Origin: a virus | Lineage: Duplodnaviria; Caudoviricetes | Length of the DNA stretch: 64,000 nt | Direction: 5' to 3' (one strand) | Virus record (IMG/VR): IMGVR_UViG_3300037762_000184 | Location: 1-64,000 of that record | Shown here: positions 26,530-34,787 of the stretch, piece by piece | Layout: each line of letters begins with the position of its first letter | How positions within the stretch are numbered: position 1 is the stretch's first letter | The notes under the pieces: model-generated | Told to the model about the DNA's origin: nothing | Databases searched by the model: none | What the model saw: only the letters and a program-made list of their open reading frames with translations | Program-made: the position numbers and the translations under genes

Positions 26530-27369
26530 ATGGGATTTGAAGAGCTAGCGCAGCGCGCGAACGACTGCCGGGTGGCCGGCAGGCACGAGGAGGCGGCGGA
26601 GCTGTTCGCCAGGGCGGAGGACGAGCTTTCGCCGGACGTCGAGGACCGGCGCCGGGCGCTGCTCCTGTCGTTGCAGGCGACGCTCGACCGGGACATGTGC
26701 CGCTACGGCTCGGCGCTCGACAAGCTGACCCGCGCCGCCAGGCTCTACCGCCTACACGGTGACAGCGACGGGCTCGCCCGGTGCGATATCAAGCGCGGCA
26801 TCGCCCTCGACGACATGGGCGAGCACGAGGCGGCGAAGGCGGAGTTCGGCTCGGCCTGGAAGCGGGTGCCTCCAGACTCCGACCTCCGGGTCATGGCGGT
26901 CTACAACATCATCAACGCCGAGGTGTGCCAGGGGAACATCGCGCAGGCGCGGGCGATGTTCGAGGCGATGCGCCCGGCCGCAGATCTCATGGTGGAGCAA
27001 GGCGACCCGCTCGGCCATCATCTGCGGGTGCACTGGACCGAGGCCGAGATTCTGCTCGGCGAGGATCGGGTCGAGGAGGCCCGCTCAATCCTACGGGAGG
27101 TGTCCAGCCACTACGCGGCGACGGGCTCGGCGATCGACGCGTGCCGTGCCCTGACGGACTTGGCGGAGTGCGCGGTGCGGCTCGGAGAGTTGCCGGAGGC
27201 CGACGCGACCGCCTTGGTTATCGCCGGCCTGATGGCGAGGATCGGCCCGCGGGAGTCAGAGACGGTGCGGAAGATAGTACTGGCGCGGATGTCTCGGCGC
27301 CAGTACTCCGAGGCCGTGTTGAAGATGGTCCTGCTACGGAAGGGTCCGGCCCGTGTCCTGCGAGGCTAG
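26530..27369 (+). CDS. tetratricopeptide-repeat protein (candidate peptide receptor)
   Basis: repeating helical TPR-like pattern throughout; no HTH; 4 nt after repressor stop. Confidence 0.8.
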   Translation: MGFEELAQRANDCRVAGRHEEAAELFARAEDELSPDVEDRRRALLLSLQATLDRDMCRYGSALDKLTRAARLYRLHGDSDGLARCDIKRGIALDDMGEHEAAKAEFGSAWKRVPPDSDLRVMAVYNIINAEVCQGNIAQARAMFEAMRPAADLMVEQGDPLGHHLRVHWTEAEILLGEDRVEEARSILREVSSHYAATGSAIDACRALTDLAECAVRLGELPEADATALVIAGLMARIGPRESETVRKIVLARMSRRQYSEAVLKMVLLRKGPARVLRG

Positions 27370-27635
27370 CCGTCAGGGTCCATTGAAGGATTCGCTTCCG
27401 TGCCGTTGTCGCATGCGGCGCAGGCGTCGCTCGTCGCGTCTTCCGGCACCGGCTCGACGGCCGGCTCCGGTTCCTCAGAGCTCGCGCTCACCCCGACCAC
27501 CTCGAGCACGTCTCCCCAGGCAGCGGAGAGCCACCCCCACCAGCCCGCCGGCCCGTCCATCGGCCCCGCCATCGCCGGCGAAGCCAGCAGCAGAGACAGG
27601 AGCAGGCACCCCGTGAATCTCTTGGTCCTCAGCAT
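27366..27635 (-). CDS. small secreted pro-peptide ending SMDPDG
   Basis: signal peptide MLRTKRFTGCLLLSLLLASPAMA|; GGGAG SD; stop shares CTAG with TPR gene. Confidence 0.8.
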   Translation of the reverse strand: MLRTKRFTGCLLLSLLLASPAMAGPMDGPAGWWGWLSAAWGDVLEVVGVSASSEEPEPAVEPVPEDATSDACAACDNGTEANPSMDPDG

Positions 27636-27698
27636 CTTCGACTCCCTCATCAGAGTGCGTCAGAGCGCCGTTGCCCTGGCGCACCTGGAGTCTACTCC

Positions 27699-27902
27699 AT
27701 GCGGGTGACAGAGGAGGGCGCCAGTGCTCTGGCAGGGGTGGCCGTCGTGCTCGTCATCGTCGCTGCAGGGATGATCGGCTGGTCTGCGGAGAGCGAGGGG
27801 ATCGGCAAGGTGCTGGGGTTCCCGGCGGCTGCGGCGGCGCTGTTCGCGGCGTTGGTGTGCGGCGGGCTGGCGGTGGGGTGGTGGTGGCGGAGCAGGGAGT
27901 AG
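27699..27902 (+). CDS. small two-TM membrane protein
   Basis: two hydrophobic helices; start uncertain. Confidence 0.6.
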   Translation: MRVTEEGASALAGVAVVLVIVAAGMIGWSAESEGIGKVLGFPAAAAALFAALVCGGLAVGWWWRSRE

Positions 27903-28376
27903 GGGCGGCCGGCCGGACGGAAAACCGCCCCCAGGTCACGGACCCCGCCGCAAGGCATTTGGGATCTGCTGGGGGCGGGCGTCCCCCGAATCTGGTAGAC
28001 TCGGGGTGTGATGGACGCGGCAACTGCTGTACCCAATCCCGAGTATAGCACCGGCACGATTCGCAACCTCTCCGGCCTAGAGGTTGGAGCACCCCTTTCG
28101 CGAGGAAGGGCTACAGGCGCGCGTCCACGCGGTCTTCAGAACGCCATCTCTCAAATCCGGGACACCGCCGACCCTGTGGACCCGGTCCTGACTGCCGAGG
28201 GGCGGGTGGCGGGCGTGCGAACACGCTCAGGCGCCGAACTAAGCGGCGCAGCACACGGTCTGAGCTAGACGGATTCCACCGCGCTCCAGGGGCGCACGCT
28301 CTGAACGGCCTGTAGGGCTGTAAGGCCCTCTCCTCTAACATCAGGGGAAATGGGTAGGCTTTGGACTTACGCCCGG

Positions 28377-28637
28377 TTACCTCTGATGCCCCGTTCCCGC
28401 CTCAGCGCCCCGCAGCCACCGCAAGAAGCGGCGGAGGCGGGAGGGGCGAGCGGCGTACCGCTCCCGGAACTCGGCCCACTCGGCATCCTCCGCCAACCGA
28501 TTCTGCGCCAGCATGTTTCGCATGCTCTCCGGGCCCGGCTGCGCCAGCGGGTGCATGTTCCGCATCGCCTCCGGGTCCTGGCAGTTCATCCCCGCCAAGC
28601 TCGTGAGCCTTCCGCAGTGGCATCGTTGGGTCGTCAT
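28377..28637 (-). CDS. hypothetical protein
   Basis: GGAGG SD; internal MRNM repeat. Confidence 0.5.
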   Translation of the reverse strand: MTTQRCHCGRLTSLAGMNCQDPEAMRNMHPLAQPGPESMRNMLAQNRLAEDAEWAEFRERYAARPSRLRRFLRWLRGAEAGTGHQR

Positions 28638-28822
28638 GGTTTCCTCCTCTCCTCGTCGTACATCCTCCGCACCGCCAGGTCCACCACGCGGCTGACCGGC
28701 AGGTCCATGACCTCGGCCAACGCGGCCAACAGCTCATGGGTGTCCGCGCCAAGGGTGAGCACCTTCACCGGCCGGGTGCGCTTGTAGGTCGGCTTCGGGG
28801 GCTTCGGGCGGCGGCTAGCCAC
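28634..28822 (-). CDS. ribbon-helix-helix protein
   Basis: VKVLTLGADTHELLAALAEVMDLPVSRVVDLAV. Confidence 0.75.
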   Translation of the reverse strand: MASRRPKPPKPTYKRTRPVKVLTLGADTHELLAALAEVMDLPVSRVVDLAVRRMYDEERRKP

Positions 28823-29048
28823 GGCTGGCCTCGGCCTTCGACAGGCGCGCCCACACCTCGGCGTCGGTGGTCAGCAGGTGTTCGTTCGCCAGCGTGACCC
28901 TGGTGGACGCCATCACGACCACGACATTCCCCGCCTCCGGGACCACAACCAGCTTGCCCGGATGCGTGCGGATGCGCAGGCCGTCGCCGTCGCGCTCGGC
29001 GTGGATGTAGCGACCGTCCGGCAGGTCGATTCTCAGAAATTCAGCCAT
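28815..29048 (-). CDS. hypothetical protein
   Basis: AGAGGAG SD. Confidence 0.6.
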   Translation of the reverse strand: MAEFLRIDLPDGRYIHAERDGDGLRIRTHPGKLVVVPEAGNVVVVMASTRVTLANEHLLTTDAEVWARLSKAEASRG

Positions 29049-29140
29049 CGCTTCTCTCTCCTCTCTTCGTTCGGGACTCCGTTGCCCGCTCCACCCCGCC
29101 GACCCGGGAGCCGACGGGGTGGCACTGGAAACGGAGCGGG

Positions 29141-29407
29141 TCAGGAGCGGTCCAGGGCCGACCAGCGCTCGGCCTCCGAAAAGTCCTCACGCAGCGCCTT
29201 CAGCGTCGGGTACGTCGCGGCGTGTGGCTCCCTGGAGGCGGCCCTCATCGCAGCGTAGCCGTGCGGCTGGTAGAAGTAGGTGCCCACCGCGTCGTCGGCG
29301 GCAGGGGTGGTGACTTGGTTGCGGTCCGGGTCGACGGTAATGGCCTGCCAGCGGGACTTCCGGCGGATCGCGTAGGTCGTCATGGTCGTCATGGTCGTCA
29401 TGGTCGT
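29141..29407 (-). CDS. hypothetical protein with (MTT)x3 N-terminus
   Basis: tandem 9-bp CATGGTCGT x3 at 29381-29407; ATG at 29401; AGGAGAG SD. Confidence 0.55.
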   Translation of the reverse strand, partial: TTMTTMTTMTTYAIRRKSRWQAITVDPDRNQVTTPAADDAVGTYFYQPHGYAAMRAASREPHAATYPTLKALREDFSEAERWSALDRS

Positions 29408-29489
29408 CTCTCCTCTTCTCAGATTCCGGTCCATCCGGGCTCTGCCGCTGCCCGCCATCGAGTGGACGGGCAGAGACCGGGGTCGGGGG

Positions 29490-31079
29490 TCAGGTTGCCT
29501 TCTTGTCCACCGTCAGCAGCACGACGTTGACGTTCGTCCCGCACTCCCGGAAGCTCCCCTCTGGCAAGTCCTGGAACCGGCCGCCCAGCTTCTCGACCTG
29601 CGCTCGGAACGCTTCCGCCTTCGGGGTGCTGGCGTACTCCGCCGAAGCGCTCATGATCGCCACCAGGCGCCCGCCCGGCTTCACGAAGCGCAGAGCGTGG
29701 TGGGCGTGGTCGATGTCGCGGCCTCGGTCGAACGGCGGGTTCATGACGACTCGGTCGTAGATCGGTTCGGCTGGCATCGCCAGGAAGTCCCGCGCCAGCA
29801 CCCGAGCGCAGTAACCGGCCCGGCGCAGGTCGGCGGCCAGCTCGGGTTGAATCTCGACCGCCGTCACGCGGTGGCCGGCGGGCTTGGTTTCCCTACGGTC
29901 GCGCCGACCGTTCGCCGCCACCTCGTAGCCCGCCACCCGCCGCGCCAATTGGCCCGTGCCGGCGCTCGGCTCTAGGACTTGCAGGGGGTCGTCGCTGTAG
30001 AGGTGCGCTTCTCGGATGACCCAATCGGCCAGCGAATCCGGTGTCGGGAACAGCCCGAAGTTGCGGGCGGGTGCGCGTTCGATGGCGCCGGAGAACGGCT
30101 TCTCTGGGTCCGGCTCCCGCTCGGCCTTCCCCCAGCCCAGCCCCGCGCCGTAGTAGTCGGCCAGAAGCCTGTTGACCTTCGCCAGCAGGTCGTTGCGCCG
30201 AAACCACAGGTGAGCGTTTCCGTTCTTGAAGACGCGAATCTCGAAGTAGTCTCCAAAGTGGCGACTCTGCCGGCGGTCGAAGCCATTGCGCCGGCCCGCT
30301 TCGATGGCGCCGACGATGCCGCCATAGGCGGCGGTCGGCTTCTTGCCGTCGAGAATCAGAAACACGCGCTCGATGTCGAGGATGGTGTCACGCACGCCGT
30401 CGTAGTGGTTCCACGATCCCCAATCGTTGAACGCATAGGTCAGGATGAGGCGGGTTCCGATCTTGAAGCCGTCGTGCGAGCGGAAGCGCCGGTCAAGCTT
30501 CGAGAACGCCGTCGCAATGCCGCGCTTCCAGATCTCCCCGGCGTTTTCCCGGAACGTCTCCAGCGTGGCGAGGATGTTGTCGACGGTGACCGGCGGCAAG
30601 CCGCGGGCGGCCTCGGCGTTGTCGATCAGCCTGCCGGTGTTCCGGTCGACCTCCTCCGGGACGTAGGCCATCTGCTTGCGCAGTTTGTCCTTCGCCGTCC
30701 GGTCCATCAGGACTTCGAGCTCGGTGTGGGCGATGACGGCTCCCCACACTTGCAAGTCGGTCAGCCGCCGGGCGACGCGCTTGTGCGCCTCTACGTTCGG
30801 CGGCTCGACAGCCTTCTGAAATTCCTCGATTTCCCGAGCGTGGCCCTCGACGTAGGGCGCTGAAAAGGCTCCGTCTCCGCAGGCCAGCGCCACGCTCTTC
30901 TGCGCCTGCCGGAGCGTGACGTGGGCGGCCTCAAGCTGGTCAAAGAACTCCTCATAGAGCCGGACCGCGTCGTCCCTGCGCGCCACGATGTTGGCGATGG
31001 TGTCGCGCGGGATGAGCTGCCCGCCCGGTTCCGGCTCGTCGTCGAACGACCGTTGCTGCATCGGCTCGGCCGGCATCAC
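29490..31079 (-). CDS. DUF4942-domain DNA adenine methyltransferase-like protein
   Basis: FRSHDGFKIG.RLI...YFEIRVFKNGNAHLWF; FGLFPTP, VLEPSAGTG, VVMNPPF. Confidence 0.9.
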   Translation of the reverse strand: MMPAEPMQQRSFDDEPEPGGQLIPRDTIANIVARRDDAVRLYEEFFDQLEAAHVTLRQAQKSVALACGDGAFSAPYVEGHAREIEEFQKAVEPPNVEAHKRVARRLTDLQVWGAVIAHTELEVLMDRTAKDKLRKQMAYVPEEVDRNTGRLIDNAEAARGLPPVTVDNILATLETFRENAGEIWKRGIATAFSKLDRRFRSHDGFKIGTRLILTYAFNDWGSWNHYDGVRDTILDIERVFLILDGKKPTAAYGGIVGAIEAGRRNGFDRRQSRHFGDYFEIRVFKNGNAHLWFRRNDLLAKVNRLLADYYGAGLGWGKAEREPDPEKPFSGAIERAPARNFGLFPTPDSLADWVIREAHLYSDDPLQVLEPSAGTGQLARRVAGYEVAANGRRDRRETKPAGHRVTAVEIQPELAADLRRAGYCARVLARDFLAMPAEPIYDRVVMNPPFDRGRDIDHAHHALRFVKPGGRLVAIMSASAEYASTPKAEAFRAQVEKLGGRFQDLPEGSFRECGTNVNVVLLTVDKKAT

Positions 31080-31618
31080 TCCACCCCCATGGCGAGCCGG
31101 GCGAAGTGCGCGGCGTCCGTCGCCACCGCGGCGACGAGGCGAACTTGACGCTCGGTGAAGTCGGCCCGGTCTTCGGTGGCAGCTCCCACAACGCGCCCGC
31201 CGAGATCAGCGGCATTCATAGCGGCTTCCAGCGCATCAGGCGTGCTCAGCCGGATCACCCTCACCGGCGGCGGGAAGGTGTCGCAGATTACGCATGTCGC
31301 GCAGAGGTAGGCGTTGTCGTAGAGGTCGCGGAAGGCGGCTGGCTCCCCGCAGTGGCGGCAGTCGTGGCCTTCCTCGGCCTCGACAACGGAGGAGGGCGGC
31401 AGCGGGTGGACCTGCGGGGCGGTCATCGGTCCGGCTCCAGGGTCGCGGAACGAAACGGGAAGATCGACGCCGGCGGCCTTGGCTTCGATGCGCTCCTGGA
31501 GCTCGGCGCAGGCGCCGCACAACTCCGGGTAGGGACGGGCGGGCACATAGAAGATCTTGGCGACACACCCGGCGGTGGCGCAACTGATGAGCTGGGCGGT
31601 GTGCTGCGGGGCGGTCAC
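31076..31618 (-). CDS. two-module Cys-rich hypothetical protein
   Basis: two segments each beginning MTAPQ, each with CxxC pairs. Confidence 0.6.
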   Translation of the reverse strand: MTAPQHTAQLISCATAGCVAKIFYVPARPYPELCGACAELQERIEAKAAGVDLPVSFRDPGAGPMTAPQVHPLPPSSVVEAEEGHDCRHCGEPAAFRDLYDNAYLCATCVICDTFPPPVRVIRLSTPDALEAAMNAADLGGRVVGAATEDRADFTERQVRLVAAVATDAAHFARLAMGVE

Positions 31619-31842
31619 GAGCGCACCTCGCCTTCCTGCCGCAGACGCGCGCCGCGGGCCGTCGTCAGGTAGAAGCCGTGGCCGTCATACCGCACCTCTC
31701 CCAGCAGGTCATCGGACCCGCCGAGACAGGCGAGCAGGTCGTACAGGCGAGGCCATGCAGCGCCCGAAACGCCGAACTCCAGCAGGTCGATCGCGAGCAG
31801 CCGCACCTTCGCGGGGTCGGGCTTCCAGGCCGGGGCGGTCAC
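31615..31842 (-). CDS. hypothetical protein
   Basis: coupled overlaps. Confidence 0.55.
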   Translation of the reverse strand: MTAPAWKPDPAKVRLLAIDLLEFGVSGAAWPRLYDLLACLGGSDDLLGEVRYDGHGFYLTTARGARLRQEGEVRS

Positions 31843-32129
31843 TTCAACACCTCGGCGGCGAAGGCGCTGGCGACTTCGCCGCCGACCTCCGCAAGCGCGG
31901 TCCCCTCGGCAGTGAAGTACAGACGCTCTATGCCGTCCCCGTCGCCCGCCGTGTAGACGAGTCTGGCCGACTCCAGATGCGACAGCAAGCGGCGGTCTGC
32001 GCGGGCGCCGAGCAGTTCGACATCGCCAACTTCGAGCGGCAGCAGGTCTGCCCAGTCGCGAGCGGCCGCGTGGTAGAGGGACAGCAGGCGGAGGGCGTTC
32101 GGCGGCAGGTTGGCGGCGGTGGTCGTCAT
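31839..32129 (-). CDS. winged-helix-like hypothetical protein
   Basis: LLSHLESARLVY...YFTAEG; first gene after promoter, AGGAG SD. Confidence 0.55.
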   Translation of the reverse strand: MTTTAANLPPNALRLLSLYHAAARDWADLLPLEVGDVELLGARADRRLLSHLESARLVYTAGDGDGIERLYFTAEGTALAEVGGEVASAFAAEVLK

Positions 32130-32160
32130 GGGTCTAGCTCCTCTCGGTCAGTGTGCGACC

Positions 32161-32188
32161 ATTATACACGGTGTGGAGACGGTGTCAA
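32161..32188 (-). promoter_or_regulatory. consensus sigma70 promoter 1
   Basis: TTGACA-16-TATAAT on minus strand; -35 overlaps RHH stop codon. Confidence 0.85.
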
Positions 32189-32367
32189 GTGCCTGGACGA
32201 ACTTTCTTCGGCTTCGTCTCGGCCAGCCACCGCCGGTGGTACTCGGCCACCGCGAGTTCGATGACGGCCGTCCGCGTCCGCTTCGTCTCGGCCGCCAGCT
32301 CTGCCAGTTGCTCCGCTGCCTCCGGGTCGAGGACGACTCCGATTCGCACTCCCTTGCGGCTACCCAT
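32185..32367 (-). CDS. CopG/RHH regulator
   Basis: VRIGVVLDPEAAEQLAELAAETKRTRTAVIELAV. Confidence 0.85.
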   Translation of the reverse strand: MGSRKGVRIGVVLDPEAAEQLAELAAETKRTRTAVIELAVAEYHRRWLAETKPKKVRPGT

Positions 32368-32412
32368 GCGCTATCTCCTGTCGTGATATTAGAGGGTTGA
32401 CCAGTCGCCGCG

Positions 32413-32440
32413 ATTATACACCGTATCGGGACGGTGTCAA
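32413..32440 (-). promoter_or_regulatory. consensus sigma70 promoter 2 with palindromic operator
   Basis: TTGACA-16-TATAAT; CACCGT-N6-ACGGTG palindrome at 32419-32436. Confidence 0.85.
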
Positions 32441-32565
32441 GCGGCCCCTCTCCTACCTAGGGGGCTGGAGAGCGCCGCCGACCACGGGGACGATTCGGGG
32501 ATTGGCTCAAGATGTAGTGCAGTTGCTCCGCCCCTTCCCCCGCATCAGGTGCTACAATAGGTGGC

Positions 32566-32871
32566 ATGACTGTCAAAGAGAAGACGCCTGCGCCTGCGAA
32601 GCCCCTTGGCTTCTTCGATCTGTTGCTCGCCTCGACGCGCACCTCCGGGACTACCATGAGCCCGATGGAGTCGCGCCTCGTAGAGATCGCCGTGAAGCTG
32701 ATGCAGAACATGGTCTTGCAGGTGCGCTGCGCAGAACCGTCGCGGGAGCCGCTACCGCTCTCTGCCGAGGTGGTCGAGTATGCCGCCCGCCTGTCGCTGG
32801 TAGGGGCTGCCGAGATGGAGTCCCAGCTTCACCGGTTGCGGGATGCGGCGACGAGTAGGCAACACGAGTGA
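32566..32871 (+). CDS. hypothetical protein, first gene of rightward operon
   Basis: extended -10 TGcTACAAT 7 nt upstream of ATG. Confidence 0.6.
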   Translation: MTVKEKTPAPAKPLGFFDLLLASTRTSGTTMSPMESRLVEIAVKLMQNMVLQVRCAEPSREPLPLSAEVVEYAARLSLVGAAEMESQLHRLRDAATSRQHE

Positions 32872-33071
32872 GGACCGAGCGCATGACGGCCACGAAGGGC
32901 GGCGACGAGCGCGAGCGAACGGCGGCCGAGTTCATCGCCCACCTGCTCGAAGTAGGGGATTGGTACGCCAGCGCTATCGAGCTAAACCCCTACGCGCCGC
33001 GCGGTGAGTCCGGCGAGGCCCTGAAGCGGGAAGCCCTGGAGATAGTGGCGCGGGAGAGGGCGAGGCCATGA
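32868..33071 (+). CDS. hypothetical protein
   Basis: coupled overlaps. Confidence 0.5.
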   Translation: MRTERMTATKGGDERERTAAEFIAHLLEVGDWYASAIELNPYAPRGESGEALKREALEIVARERARP

Positions 33072-33352
33072 CACGAACCGAGCTGTTGCGGCGGCTGGAG
33101 AGGCTGGAAGATCCGCTCGCCCTACTGGCGATCCGGCTGGAGCGGGGGTGGCACCGGGCCATGCTCTTCCTCGGCGTGGACGCCTTCGACCCGGAGGCGA
33201 CCCGCGCGCGCACCCGGAGGATCGGCGAGCTGACATCCAAAGCCCTGCCAATCGTGGAGAGGCGAGTGGAAGCCGCTTTCAAGAGGATGGCGCGGTCGGC
33301 CGCCGAGTGCGGGGCCGCCCTCAAGTCGTCGGCTGAGGCGGCAGAGAGCTAG
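33068..33352 (+). CDS. hypothetical protein
   Basis: ATGA overlap. Confidence 0.55.
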   Translation: MTRTELLRRLERLEDPLALLAIRLERGWHRAMLFLGVDAFDPEATRARTRRIGELTSKALPIVERRVEAAFKRMARSAAECGAALKSSAEAAES

Positions 33353-33354
33353 GC

Positions 33355-33705
33355 ATGAACCCCACCGCGAACGAGAGCAAGGTAGCCCGCAGCCTGCTCG
33401 GCGTCTACGGCTACTCCGCCAAGTGGCAACCCGAGAACCATCGGCCGCCGATTGGAGGGACGGGAGAGAGTCGTCCCGTCGTCGGCCGCGTCACCTTCGG
33501 CCTTCCAGACTGGACGCGCAGCCGAACTCACGCGAACCCGCCTCCCCGGTCAGCCCCGCCTCTCGCGAACGGCGCACGTCTAACCCCTGAAGAGCGTGAG
33601 ACGGTAGCGATCGCGAAGGTAGGCGCTGTATCTACGCTGTCAGACAAGCTGGTCGCCATCATCGAACGGCTGGCCGGCGAGACGGTGAAGGCGGCGGACG
33701 AATGA
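33355..33705 (+). CDS. hypothetical protein
   Basis: operonic. Confidence 0.55.
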   Translation: MNPTANESKVARSLLGVYGYSAKWQPENHRPPIGGTGESRPVVGRVTFGLPDWTRSRTHANPPPRSAPPLANGARLTPEERETVAIAKVGAVSTLSDKLVAIIERLAGETVKAADE

Positions 33706-33944
33706 AACGCCCTAGCCGGCTGGCTGGAGGGCGGTTTGTGAGCTACGCGGTCAAAGCCAATAACGAGTTCCACGCGGGCTGGGTCGCCTGCCTCTTGGGG
33801 GAGCCGCGCAAGAAGGGCGCGTCATGCGAGGCGTGGGGTGAGGGCTGGGACATGGCTTCTGAGTCCCTCGATCCCTTGATGCTCGCCGCCATTAAAGGTA
33901 TGCGCAAACTCGGACAGCTCATCGTCAAGACGGCGGACGAATGA
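33702..33944 (+). CDS. hypothetical protein
   Basis: FHAGWVAC...W.EGW; ATGA overlaps. Confidence 0.55.
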   Translation: MKRPSRLAGGRFVSYAVKANNEFHAGWVACLLGEPRKKGASCEAWGEGWDMASESLDPLMLAAIKGMRKLGQLIVKTADE

Positions 33945-34153
33945 GCTGCGAGCACCGCTGGCACGAGCTAACGTTCTCCTTCCTCCGCGTTTGCGAGTAT
34001 TGCGAGGCCGAAGAGACTACGCCTGAAATGGCGGCCTTTCAGCGCGCAGCGGCCGACCTTAAGGCCGCGCTGTTGGCGGAAGTCGAGCCGCTGGTAGACA
34101 GGCTCACCCCGGCCATCCTGTGGCTGGACAGGCTGCTCCGGAGGGTGGTATGA
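33941..34153 (+). CDS. hypothetical protein
   Basis: CEHRW...CEYC motif. Confidence 0.6.
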   Translation: MSCEHRWHELTFSFLRVCEYCEAEETTPEMAAFQRAAADLKAALLAEVEPLVDRLTPAILWLDRLLRRVV

Positions 34154-34320
34154 GCGCCGTCCGGACGATCCCCTGGGAGCGCTGGAACCGCATGACGGAC
34201 GCGGACAAGAGCGCCGAGTTGCGCAAGCTGGCCGAAGAGACGCGCGGCTCGGGCAAGGTGATGGTGCGCAGTGAGTCGCTGTGGAGCTACCTGCTACGGC
34301 TGTTGCGGAGGGCGGCATGA
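34150..34320 (+). CDS. hypothetical protein
   Basis: ATGA overlaps. Confidence 0.5.
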   Translation: MSAVRTIPWERWNRMTDADKSAELRKLAEETRGSGKVMVRSESLWSYLLRLLRRAA

Positions 34321-34787
34321 CGCACCCGATGCAGCCGGTAGACCTCGACGCCGAAGGGGTTGTGCGCTTCCACGGGAACGCGATCGTCCGCCACCTTTTG
34401 GATGTCGCCACGATCGGCCTGAACGAGATCGCCGCCTTGCCATTCGAGCGCGAAGACCACGAGCAGCTAGCCCAGCTCCTCGGCTACAGCGTTGACGGCT
34501 TCTGTGACCTGCCCTATGCGAGCGAGGAAGCGCGGGAGAGGGCGATAGCGCTCGCCGAAGAGCTGAGTACCGGACGCCAGAAGGCGGGTCGCGTTGGGTG
34601 GTCGGCCGATACGATAGTTTTCGCTAGCGAGGAGGATAGAGAGGAAGCTGTGGCCCTAGTCGAAGCGCTCTCTAAGGCGCTCGGACGCGACCGACCGGAA
34701 GCTGAGACACTGGCGCGAATCGAAGCCACGCTGCTGCGGATGGAGCGCCTACTGGCGCGAGCCGTTCCGCACGAGGGGCCGTGCTGA
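34317..34787 (+). CDS. conserved-type phage hypothetical protein
   Basis: HPMQPV..D..GVVRFHGNAIVRHLLD...LNEIA..PF..ED.EQLAQLLGYSV.GF. Confidence 0.75.
   Translation: MTHPMQPVDLDAEGVVRFHGNAIVRHLLDVATIGLNEIAALPFEREDHEQLAQLLGYSVDGFCDLPYASEEARERAIALAEELSTGRQKAGRVGWSADTIVFASEEDREEAVALVEALSKALGRDRPEAETLARIEATLLRMERLLARAVPHEGPC

Noticed and set aside
29381-29407. (CATGGTCGT)3 as a contingency repeat
   Set aside because: The 9-bp unit preserves frame and only gives alternative Met starts; little functional consequence is evident.
24283-30863. Other long antisense ORFs (24283-25215, 29979-30863; likewise 264-1235, 18923-20164, 35206-36420, 47645-48775)
   Set aside because: Shadows of well-supported genes with no domain signature or SD, unlike the antisense ORF in the intein.
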